Assembly (NCBI GenBank): GCA_965219085.1
Contig: OZ244720.1
Span: 1,120,001-1,184,000, forward strand
Direction: 5' to 3'
DNA from: Dehalococcoidia bacterium
GTDB taxonomy: Bacteria > Chloroflexota > Dehalococcoidia > UBA2979
DNA: 64,000 nt
Below the pieces are notes generated by a model. It had not been told where the DNA came from. It did no database searches and saw only the letters and a list, made by a program, of their open reading frames with translations. The number at the start of each line of letters is the position of its first letter. Position 1 is the first letter of the stretch. Below, piece after piece: positions 38,508-47,042 of the stretch. The position numbers and the translations under genes are program-made.

Positions 38508-39737
38508 ATGACCACCACGCGCCAGGACGACACCGCCACCGCCGGGATGTTCGACTCGTTCCGGGCGCCCGGGTTCCTCCGCGCGTGGATCGGCGCGGTG
38601 CTGTTCGCCCTCGGCATCTGGATCGAGCGGCTCGCGATCGGCTGGTTCGTCCTCGACGTGACGGGCTCGGTGTTCCTCGCCGCGCTCTCGCTCGGCATCC
38701 GCTCGATCCCCAACCTCATCCTCGGCCCCGTCGGCGGGGCGGTCTCCGACCGGCTGCCGCGCGGCCGCGTGCTCATGGTCACTTCGCTCGTGCGCGCGGT
38801 GGCGGCGGCGCTCATGGCCGTCGTCGTGGTCATCGACGTGGCGACGGTGCCGCTGCTGCTCGCGCTGGTGTTCGTGACGGCCTCGACGCTCGCGTTCCAC
38901 AACACCTCGTTGCAGCCGCTGCAGGTGGAGCTGGCCGGGCCCGAACGCCTGGGCAGCGCGATCAGCCTCACGTCCTTCGGGCAGCGCTCCGTCGGCGCGG
39001 CCGGGGCGCTCGGCGGTGGCGTGCTCATCGGCACACTCGGCCCCGCGCCCACGTTGATCGTCGCCGCGCTCCCGCTCGCGTTGGCCACGGCGGTCTTCGC
39101 CCGCCTCCCCTCGCCCGCGAAGTCGCCTGTGACGCGCCCGCACCTGGCACGCGACGTGCTCGATGGCCTCCGCCTGCTCGCGCGCACGCCGACGATTCGC
39201 CTGCTGCTCGGGATGATGATCGTCATCGAGATCCTCGGCTTCTCGTTTGCGAGCCTGCTCCCGGCGGTCGCGGAACGGGTGCTCGAGGTGGGACCGGAGC
39301 GCCTCGGCGTGCTCACGGCGGGGATGGCCGTGGGCGCGATGTTCGGTACGGCGCTGCTGGTGGTGACGGCAGACCGGCTGCCACGCGGACCGATGCTGGT
39401 GACCGTGTTCGTGACGTTCGGGGTGCTCGTGGTGGTGCTGGGCAACTCGGATGTGTTCTGGCTCTCCGTCGCCGCCACCGCCGGCATCGGCGCGTCGGCC
39501 GCGATGGTCGACTCGCTCGAGTGGATCATGCTGCAGGCGAGCGTGCACGCCGATGTGCGCGGGCGCGCCCTCGGCGGGTGGAACTTCGCGATCGGCTGGG
39601 GCTGGCTGGGCCCGCTCAGCCTCGGCGCCATCGCCGACGCGACGAGCGTGCCGGCGGCGCTGACGTTGAGCGGGGCGTTGCTCGTGGTGTTCGCATTCGC
39701 GGCGCTCGCCGCCTCGGCGACGCTGCGCGAGCGGTGA
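38508..39737 (+). CDS. MFS transporter
   Basis: About 12 TM; GGAVSDRLPRGRVL motif A. Confidence 0.92.
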   Translation: MTTTRQDDTATAGMFDSFRAPGFLRAWIGAVLFALGIWIERLAIGWFVLDVTGSVFLAALSLGIRSIPNLILGPVGGAVSDRLPRGRVLMVTSLVRAVAAALMAVVVVIDVATVPLLLALVFVTASTLAFHNTSLQPLQVELAGPERLGSAISLTSFGQRSVGAAGALGGGVLIGTLGPAPTLIVAALPLALATAVFARLPSPAKSPVTRPHLARDVLDGLRLLARTPTIRLLLGMMIVIEILGFSFASLLPAVAERVLEVGPERLGVLTAGMAVGAMFGTALLVVTADRLPRGPMLVTVFVTFGVLVVVLGNSDVFWLSVAATAGIGASAAMVDSLEWIMLQASVHADVRGRALGGWNFAIGWGWLGPLSLGAIADATSVPAALTLSGALLVVFAFAALAASATLRER

Positions 39738-39774
39738 AGCAACCCATGATACGCTCCCAATCGCAAGGAGTTGA

Positions 39775-42543
39775 ATGCAGCACTACCTTCTTGCTCGATC
39801 CTGGCGCCGGGCGGCGCTCGCGGCCCTGCTAGCTATGAGCGTCATCTCAATTCAGAGTGGCCAGCTCAACGCGCAGGAGCCGCCCACCAACAATGCGGCT
39901 ACAGGCACCCCCACCCTCATCGGCCCGCTCCGGGTCGGTGCAGTCCTGCGCGTGGACACCTCCTCGATCGTGGACACCGACGGTCTCACGAACCCGAGCT
40001 TCAGCTACACCTGGCTCGCAGATGACGATCTCCTCGAGCCGGGTGCCTTTCTTCGGGCCTTGTCGTCTGTCAACGAGTACCCGGTCGCGCCGTACGACGC
40101 CGGGCTGACAATCAAAGTGCAGGTGCATTTCGAGGACGACAACGGCAACAGGGAATCCCTCGATGTAGAAGCGACAAGCACCGTCGCCGCTGTGGCGCCG
40201 GACGCGCCACCGAACCTCAGCGCCTCGCTGGGTGACCCCGGCGAGCTTGACCTGAGCTGGTCGACCCCTGCGGTCTGTGACTTCACCCTTGTCTTCGACT
40301 GCTGGCTCGACCTCGACCGAACGTTCAGCGTTGGAGACGGCGGTTCAGACATCACCGGCTACACGGTGCAATGGAAGCTGGCGTCTGGAAGCTGGGGCGT
40401 CGCGTCCAATGTCTCCGAAGCGGAGGTGACGACGACGTCCCATACCGTCACCGGGCTGAGCGCGAGCAGTACGTACACCGCGCGCGTGCTCGCACGAAAT
40501 GCAGTCGGCGCGGGCACTCCTTCGACCGAGGTGACAGTCAGCGACACCAACCTCAACGTGGGGCCGGTCGTCTCAGGAAGGGCGGCGCCAAGCTTCTTTG
40601 AGACCAACCCAAGGGACGTAGAGACGTATACCGCGACCGATCCCGAGAGCGACACCATCACCTGGTCGCTCTCGGGTCCCGATGCAAGCTTCTTCAGCAT
40701 CGCCGACGGTGTGCTCAATTTCGATTCCGCCGGGGACTATGAGGACCCGAGGGACGCTGACCGGAACAACGCGTATGAGGTGACCATCCATGCGTTCGAC
40801 GGGGCGAACAGCGCGGTTTTCCCCGTCACCGTCGTCATCAACGAGGTTGATGAGCGTCCTGTCATCGCTGGGCCCGCCAGTGTGAATGTCAGGGGAGGCA
40901 CGACGGCCTACGTGGGCCGCTACGGCGCAACCGACCCGGAAGGATTCGTGACAAGCTGGGAGCCGCTTTCGGGCGTGGACGCACAACACTTCGAGTTCTC
41001 CGATGCCGGAGACCTGAGCTTCACCGCCGTGCCCGACTTCGATAGTCCGGCCGACACCAACGGCGACAACAGGTATGAGGTCACAGTCAGCGCTTCGTCC
41101 GACGGCGATCGGGGAACGCGGACTGGAACGTTGGACGTGGTAATCACTGTCACGGATCCGAACCAGCCGATCAGGCCACCGATCATCATCCCAGGAGGAG
41201 GTGGCGGCGGCGGGGGCGGCTCGCGCGGCCCGACCCCGAGCGAGGCCGACTACGAGTGGACCGTGAAGCACGACATCGATGAGCTCGACGGCGGCAATGA
41301 CGAGCCCACCGGTACCTGGTCCAACGGCACGACGCTCTGGGTGGCCGACAATCCGAACGGCGCCGGGGACGCCGTTTACGCCTACGACCTCGCCAGCGGC
41401 AAACGGGTCGAGGAGCTGGAGTTCGAGCTTGACGAGACGAACCGCGCCCCGCGCGGAGCCTGGTCAGACAAGGAGACCATCTGGATCCCCGACAGCGGCC
41501 AGGAGCGGCTCTTCGCCTACGACCTCGCCACGGGAGAGCGGCTCAAGGACCGCGACATCGAGCTTGCCGAGCGCAATGACGATCCTCGCGGCATCTGGTC
41601 CGACGGCGTCACGATGTGGGTGCTCGACAATCGCCGTGACGCACTGTTCGCGTACGACCTCGGGACGGGTGAGTTGCTTGCCGAGTACGCCCTCGACTCC
41701 GCGAACAGTCAGCCGCACGGCATCTGGTCCGATCGCTTCACCGTCTGGGTCTCCAACCACGACCCCAAGCGCCTCTTCGCCTACCGGCTGCCAACTCCCG
41801 ACGCCGAGGACGCTGATGAGCTCGTCGAGCTTGAGCGTGTCACGGACGAGGAGTTCACGAAGCTGAGCCGCGCCAGCAACAACAGCCCGCGCGGCATCTG
41901 GTCCGACGGCGAGGTGATGTACGTCGCCGACCGGAGCGACGACAAGGTCTACAGCTACAACATGCCGGATGCGATCGACGCCCGCCTCGCCTCGCTCGAG
42001 CTCGCGGGCGTCGACTTCGGCGAGTTCTCGCCGCTGCTCTACGACTACGCCAGCGACACCGTCCCGCACGGCAACATCGCCACCCTCACGGTCACTCCGG
42101 CCCAACCCGGCGCCTCCCTGGAGATACGCCCGCCAGACCACGACGGCGACGAAGCGAACGGGCACCACGTGCGGTTGATCCCGGGGCTCGAGATCACCGT
42201 CACCGTCACCTCGCCGGACGGGAGCCGCATGCGCGTCTACCGGCTGCTCCTCGGCGACGAGGAGGCGACCGGCCCACCTCTCGACTGCCTGCGCGACATC
42301 GTCGGCGCGCGCTTCAGCCCCGTCACGTACGAGGGCGGCGCCGTCACCGATCTTGAGGCGTGCGCGAGCGGTCTCGACGTCATCTCGCTGTACGCCCTCG
42401 ACGCCGACGGGAAGTACGTGTCGTACATCCTCGGCGCGCCGGAGTTCGTGAACCGCGCGTTCGTGGCGCTGTTCCCGGACGGCGTCCCGGCCGACACGCC
42501 GATGATCGCCCAGCGCGCCAGCCCCGACGACGAAGGCTCCTGA
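39775..42543 (+). CDS. Exported fibronectin III/cadherin protein with WSDG beta-propeller and shared C-terminal domain
   Basis: AAGGAG RBS; signal peptide; DGGSDITGYTVQW fn3 motif; cadherin motifs; PRGIWSDG repeats. Confidence 0.92.
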   Translation: MQHYLLARSWRRAALAALLAMSVISIQSGQLNAQEPPTNNAATGTPTLIGPLRVGAVLRVDTSSIVDTDGLTNPSFSYTWLADDDLLEPGAFLRALSSVNEYPVAPYDAGLTIKVQVHFEDDNGNRESLDVEATSTVAAVAPDAPPNLSASLGDPGELDLSWSTPAVCDFTLVFDCWLDLDRTFSVGDGGSDITGYTVQWKLASGSWGVASNVSEAEVTTTSHTVTGLSASSTYTARVLARNAVGAGTPSTEVTVSDTNLNVGPVVSGRAAPSFFETNPRDVETYTATDPESDTITWSLSGPDASFFSIADGVLNFDSAGDYEDPRDADRNNAYEVTIHAFDGANSAVFPVTVVINEVDERPVIAGPASVNVRGGTTAYVGRYGATDPEGFVTSWEPLSGVDAQHFEFSDAGDLSFTAVPDFDSPADTNGDNRYEVTVSASSDGDRGTRTGTLDVVITVTDPNQPIRPPIIIPGGGGGGGGGSRGPTPSEADYEWTVKHDIDELDGGNDEPTGTWSNGTTLWVADNPNGAGDAVYAYDLASGKRVEELEFELDETNRAPRGAWSDKETIWIPDSGQERLFAYDLATGERLKDRDIELAERNDDPRGIWSDGVTMWVLDNRRDALFAYDLGTGELLAEYALDSANSQPHGIWSDRFTVWVSNHDPKRLFAYRLPTPDAEDADELVELERVTDEEFTKLSRASNNSPRGIWSDGEVMYVADRSDDKVYSYNMPDAIDARLASLELAGVDFGEFSPLLYDYASDTVPHGNIATLTVTPAQPGASLEIRPPDHDGDEANGHHVRLIPGLEITVTVTSPDGSRMRVYRLLLGDEEATGPPLDCLRDIVGARFSPVTYEGGAVTDLEACASGLDVISLYALDADGKYVSYILGAPEFVNRAFVALFPDGVPADTPMIAQRASPDDEGS

Positions 42544-42660
42544 GCCTTACGCCTCGATGCGCGACGGCCACCAGTTCCAGCGCGGGATCCGAGGACACCA
42601 GTGCCCTCGACTGCCGGACCGACTCAGGCCTTCCGGTGTGTCCACTCTCAAGGCCGGAAC

Positions 42661-42996
42661 CTAGCCTGTCTCGGGGTGCTCCTCATCCAGTGCTGCGATA
42701 CCCGTCAGTGCGATCGGCGGCCGGTCGGGGAATTCGGCCACCAGGCTGAGCTTCCCGCCCATCGCGCCGACGTAGCTGCTCAGCGTGGAGAGCAGCAGAT
42801 CGCTGCGCTGCTCGATACGCGAGACGTTTTCCTGATTGATTCCCAGCTTCGCGGCAACGCTCGCCTGCGTCTGCTCCCGTGCCTTGCGCAGGTCGCGAAG
42901 CGACATCTCTTCGGCGATGAGGTCCCGGGCGCGTTCCTCGATCCGCTGCCGACGCGACGGCGAGAGTCCGTCCAATCGCTCATCGAGGGTCGACAT
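42661..42996 (-). CDS. XRE-family HTH antitoxin (HigA-like)
   Basis: LRDLRKAREQTQASVAAKLGINQENVSRIEQRSDLLLSTL. Confidence 0.92.
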   Translation of the reverse strand: MSTLDERLDGLSPSRRQRIEERARDLIAEEMSLRDLRKAREQTQASVAAKLGINQENVSRIEQRSDLLLSTLSSYVGAMGGKLSLVAEFPDRPPIALTGIAALDEEHPETG

Positions 42997-42998
42997 GC

Positions 42999-43373
42999 CT
43001 ACCTCCTCACGCCGGGTAACTGGTCGAGATGCTCATCGAATCGTGCATCCGCCCTGCTGACCAGCCGGCTGTAGAAGCGACGCTCGTTCATGCCGCTCTT
43101 GTCGCCAGCCGCCAGCAGGATGGCACGCTGGCGAGGGTCGAACGCGAAGGCGACGCGCCAGACGCCTTGCGCTGCGCGAAAGCGAAGCTCCTTCATGTTG
43201 GCGTGGCGGGATCCGTTCAGCGTATCGACACGCGGGCGACCCAATGTCGGCCCGAACGTCTCAAGGAGCCTCGCCTGTGCAAGCAACTCATCCTGCACCG
43301 CGGTCGGCAGATCGTCGAATTCAGGGTCGAAGGCCCCGTGGAACTCGACTCCCCAAGCCAACGGAGACATCAT
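42999..43373 (-). CDS. RelE/ParE-superfamily toxin (HigB/Gp49-like); real start may be TTG 43361
   Basis: GPTLGRPRVDTLNGSRHANMKELRF...WRVAFAFDP..AILL..GDK; toxin-first gene order. Confidence 0.92.
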   Translation of the reverse strand: MMSPLAWGVEFHGAFDPEFDDLPTAVQDELLAQARLLETFGPTLGRPRVDTLNGSRHANMKELRFRAAQGVWRVAFAFDPRQRAILLAAGDKSGMNERRFYSRLVSRADARFDEHLDQLPGVRR

Positions 43374-43405
43374 GACTTGTCAGTCATATGCTGTCAAGAG
43401 CATAT
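43369..43405 (-). promoter_or_regulatory. Sigma70-like promoter with overlapping operator
   Basis: TTGACA-17 bp-CATGAT on the minus strand; palindrome ATATGCT-N6-AGCATAT surrounds the -35. Confidence 0.7.
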
Positions 43406-43416
43406 CTGCCTCGCCC

Positions 43417-45624
43417 TCACGCCCCGATCCGCGACGGCCACCAGTTCCAGCGCCCGAACATCGCCACGAGCGACGGCACGATCAACGTGCGCGTGATGAA
43501 GGTGTCCATCAGCACGCCGGCCGCCACCGCGAAGCCGAGCTGTAGCAGGTCCTGCAGCGGCAGCGTCATCAGCGCCGAAAACGTCCCGGCGAGGATGAGG
43601 CCGGCCGAGGTGATCACGGGGCCGGTGCGCGCGAGTGCGTACCGGGTCGCCTCGGCCAGCGGCGCCTCGCGCGCCTCCTCGCGGATGCGCGACATCAGGT
43701 AGATGTTGTAGTCGACGCTCAGCGCGTTGAGGAACACGAAGAGGAAGAATGGGACGCCCTGTCCCACTCCCGATTGACCCAGCACGACGACGAAGACCAC
43801 GACGGCGAGGCCGAGCGTCGCGAAGTACGTGAACGCGATCGTCGCCATCAGGTACAGCGGCACGATCAGCGAGCGCAGCAGCAGCGCCAGCACCACCCCG
43901 ATCGCGAGCAGGATCAGCGGCAGCACGACCCGCGAGTCGCGGTTGCCGGCCACCTTCGTGTCAAACGCCTCCGCGGTCTCGCCGCCGATGAGCACGCCGG
44001 CCGGGTCCAGCCCGGCCGCGGCCACGCTCGCGCGCGCAAGCTCGCGCAGCTCGGGGACGGCGTCGAGCGCCTCCGGCGCGTACGGGCTCACCCCGAGCAC
44101 GACGTCGATGCGCGCCTCGTCCCCGTCCTCGGAGACAAAGCCCGCCCGGGCTGCCTCGGCGGCAGGCCCGCTCGCGGACCCCGCCTCGATGCCGAAGGGA
44201 CGGCTGGGACCGGCGGCGCCGGCGACGAGGGGGTGTTCGGTCAGCGCGAGCGTGACCGCGTCGAGCTTCCCGAGCGCACCCTCGTCGAGGGCCTGTTCGC
44301 CGGGCGCGAGCGAGACGAAGACCCGCGTGCGCGCGAGTTCGCCGCCCGGGAAGCCCGTGCGCAGCAGCTCGAAGCTGCGCACCGACTCGGTGTTGTCGGG
44401 CAGGCTCTCGAGCCGGTCGTAGGTCGGCTGGTAGGCGAAGAGGCCGGCGATGAGCAGGGCAAGCACCGCGCTCGTCGCGGCGAGCACGGCGCGCGGCCGG
44501 CGCAGCACCACGCCGCCGATGCGGCCGTAGATGCTCTGGCGCCAGTCGGCGGGGGCGTCGGGCCCCTCGGCGAGGCGCGGCTGCACCGGCCAGAAGACGC
44601 GCCGCCCGATGATCGTCAGCACCGCCGGGATGAGCGTGAGCGCGGCGAGCATCATCAGCGCCACCGCCAGCGCGATGACCGGCCCGAGCGTCTGGTAGGA
44701 GCGCAGCACCGCGAACCACAATGCCGCGGACGCGACGAGGATCGTCGCGCCGGCCGAGGCGACGGCGCCGCCGACGCCGCGCATGGTGCGTCGCATCGCC
44801 TCGTGGCGGTCGGCGTTGCGGGTGAGCTCCTCGCGGAAGCGCGCCGAGACGAAGAGCACGTAGTCCGTCCCGGTGCCGAACAGCACGACGGTCATGATGC
44901 CCGTCGCCTGGCCGGAGATGGGCAGGTCGAACTGCTGCGCGATCCAGGCGGCGATGCCGCCGGCGAGCTGGAAGACGAGCCCCACCCCGAGCAGCGGGAT
45001 CGTGGCCATGATCGGCGATCGGTAGATGGCGATCAGCAGCGCGAGCACCAGCGCCACGGTGACGAGCAGCAGGAACGTGTCGATCTGCCGGAACACCCCG
45101 ACGATATCGACCACGAGCCCGCCCGGCCCGCCCACGGCGACCTCGACGCCGGGCAGGTCGAGCGCCGCCGTGCGTTCGCGGATCGCGTTCACCGTGTCCG
45201 CGAACGGGTCCTCGGCGGGCTCGCCCGAGAGCTCGACGAAGATGTAGAGGGTGGTGCGGTCGGGCGAGATGAGGCCGGGAATGGCGCCCGGCGCGCGCAC
45301 ATCGGTGATGTTGTGCGGCGCGTCGGGGCCCGTCATCCAGGCGACGAGGTCGTCGACCGCCGCGAGCGTGGGTGCGCCGAGTCCGGCGAGCTCGCGGAAG
45401 ACGATCAGCGTGGGCGTGCCCCGTGCCGGGAACTCGTCGCGGGCGAGCTCGTAGGCGAGGGTCGACTCGGCGTCACCGGGGAGGAACAGTGCCTCCTCGT
45501 TCTCGCGCACCTCGTCGAGGCGCGGGAGCTGCGAGAGCAGCACGCCGGCGGCAAGCACCCAGACGAGCAGCGTGACCCACTTGCCGCGTGGGCTGCTGAC
45601 GAAGTCGGTGACGACGCCCAGCAC
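43417..45624 (-). CDS. MMPL family (RND superfamily) transporter
   Basis: GTGTDYVLFVSARFREE and SVDYNIYLMSRIREE; two membrane halves. Confidence 0.94.
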   Translation of the reverse strand: MLGVVTDFVSSPRGKWVTLLVWVLAAGVLLSQLPRLDEVRENEEALFLPGDAESTLAYELARDEFPARGTPTLIVFRELAGLGAPTLAAVDDLVAWMTGPDAPHNITDVRAPGAIPGLISPDRTTLYIFVELSGEPAEDPFADTVNAIRERTAALDLPGVEVAVGGPGGLVVDIVGVFRQIDTFLLLVTVALVLALLIAIYRSPIMATIPLLGVGLVFQLAGGIAAWIAQQFDLPISGQATGIMTVVLFGTGTDYVLFVSARFREELTRNADRHEAMRRTMRGVGGAVASAGATILVASAALWFAVLRSYQTLGPVIALAVALMMLAALTLIPAVLTIIGRRVFWPVQPRLAEGPDAPADWRQSIYGRIGGVVLRRPRAVLAATSAVLALLIAGLFAYQPTYDRLESLPDNTESVRSFELLRTGFPGGELARTRVFVSLAPGEQALDEGALGKLDAVTLALTEHPLVAGAAGPSRPFGIEAGSASGPAAEAARAGFVSEDGDEARIDVVLGVSPYAPEALDAVPELRELARASVAAAGLDPAGVLIGGETAEAFDTKVAGNRDSRVVLPLILLAIGVVLALLLRSLIVPLYLMATIAFTYFATLGLAVVVFVVVLGQSGVGQGVPFFLFVFLNALSVDYNIYLMSRIREEAREAPLAEATRYALARTGPVITSAGLILAGTFSALMTLPLQDLLQLGFAVAAGVLMDTFITRTLIVPSLVAMFGRWNWWPSRIGA

Positions 45625-45873
45625 GGCTATCCGCGCCCGCGCGCGGCGTGCGCGTCGCGCACGGGAGCTGCTGCCGACGTCGTGCGCAAGGTTGGGCTCC
45701 TCGAATGTTCGGGGGCTGCCGGATCGAGGCTACAGGCGGCCCGGCGCGGGGGAAACAGCGCGATCCGGATTGCATGCGGGCAGGCCGCGCGGCCCCGGAC
45801 GATGGGGCGAAGTGGCATAGTGCAACGGACGGGCCCGCGTGCGCGGGCCCTCGGCTCACCCGTGGAGGCGAGA

Positions 45874-46407
45874 ATGCAATACGACGACGCGGCAGCCACC
45901 CCGTTTGTGGGCCGCATGATTGGCGCGGCTCGGCTCAAGGGCGACGTGTACGAGGAGATCGAGCACGACCAGAGCGCGACCAGCCAGGCCGCGATTGTCG
46001 TCGTCGGGACGAGCCTCGCCGCGGGCATCGGCGGCATCTCCACCGGCGGCATTGTCGCGCTCGTCCTGTTCACGATCGTCGGGCTAGTCGGCTGGGCGGT
46101 GTACGCCTGGATCGCCTACTTCATCGGCACACGGCTCTTCGCCACTGCGGAGACCAGCGCCGATTGGGGCGAACTCGCACGCACACTGGGCTTCGCGAGC
46201 TCGCCGAGGATCCTGCTGTTGCTCGGCCTGGTGCCGGGCATCTTCGGGCTCGTCAGCTTCGTCGTCGGGGTCTGGGTCATTCTCACCACGATCACTGCAC
46301 TCAAGGCCGCGCTCGAGATGGGCACGTGGCGCGCGGTCGGGACGGCGCTCGTGGCGCTGATCGCGCAGGGCATCATCTTCAGCATCGTCTTCGCGATCAT
46401 CGGTTGA
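45874..46407 (+). CDS. YIP1-like membrane protein
   Basis: ATG after GGAGG; RMIGAARL...YEEIEHD...ARTLGFASSP; about five TM. Confidence 0.8.
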   Translation: MQYDDAAATPFVGRMIGAARLKGDVYEEIEHDQSATSQAAIVVVGTSLAAGIGGISTGGIVALVLFTIVGLVGWAVYAWIAYFIGTRLFATAETSADWGELARTLGFASSPRILLLLGLVPGIFGLVSFVVGVWVILTTITALKAALEMGTWRAVGTALVALIAQGIIFSIVFAIIG

Positions 46408-46418
46408 GCGAGGCCCGG

Positions 46419-47042
46419 GTGGAGCCGCAGGAACGATTCCCGATCAGCCTCGGGGAGGCGATCTTCTCGCTGCGCGCCATCCGCCGCGTCAAGCCCGACC
46501 CCATCCCCGAGGAGGACCTGCGCGACATCCTCACCGCGGCCATCCAGGCGCCCAACGGAGGCAACGCCCAGCCCTGGCACTTCCTCGTCGTGCGCGACCC
46601 GGAGCTGCGCGCGCGCCTCGGCGCCCTCTACCACGAGGCGTGGTGGGCGAAGCGCGCCGACGAGGGCATCGGCGGCCCCGAGGACCTCCACCCCGCCAAC
46701 CAGGTGTCCGCCTCGGCGATGCGCCTCGCCGACGAGTTCGGCGAGGCGCCGGCCATCGTGCTGGTGTGCGCGATGGCGCAGGGGGCCGGGGCAATGGGCT
46801 CGGTCATCCCGTCGGTCGAAAACCTGCTCCTCGCCGCGCGAGGGCTCGGCGTAGGCGGCACGATCACGACGCTGCACGCCTCGGTCGACGAGCGCGTGAA
46901 GGCGCTGCTCGACATCCCGGCGGAGGTGCAGATCGTCTACGCGGTGCGGCTCGGCTACCCGCGGGGCCGCTTCGGGCCGGTCACCCGCAAGCCGCTGAAC
47001 GAGGTGACCTCGGGGGACCGCTGGGGCGATCCGCTCGCGTAG
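46419..47042 (+). CDS. Nitroreductase family protein
   Basis: RAIRR...AAIQAPNGGNAQPWHFLVV, NLLLAARGLGVG, LGYP. Confidence 0.93.
   Translation: MEPQERFPISLGEAIFSLRAIRRVKPDPIPEEDLRDILTAAIQAPNGGNAQPWHFLVVRDPELRARLGALYHEAWWAKRADEGIGGPEDLHPANQVSASAMRLADEFGEAPAIVLVCAMAQGAGAMGSVIPSVENLLLAARGLGVGGTITTLHASVDERVKALLDIPAEVQIVYAVRLGYPRGRFGPVTRKPLNEVTSGDRWGDPLA

Larger units (their letters stand above)
42545..43453. repeat. 39-bp direct repeat (42545-42583 and 43415-43453) duplicating the MMPL 3' end around a TA module
   Basis: 36/39 identity with a 24-bp perfect core; copies encode RWNWWPSRIEA* versus RWNWWPSRIGA*. Confidence 0.9.

Noticed and set aside
39738-42544. Tail duplication flanking the fn3/cadherin gene
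   Set aside because: No copy of the MFS 3' end was found on the far side; the nearby repeat belongs to the MMPL/TA cassette.
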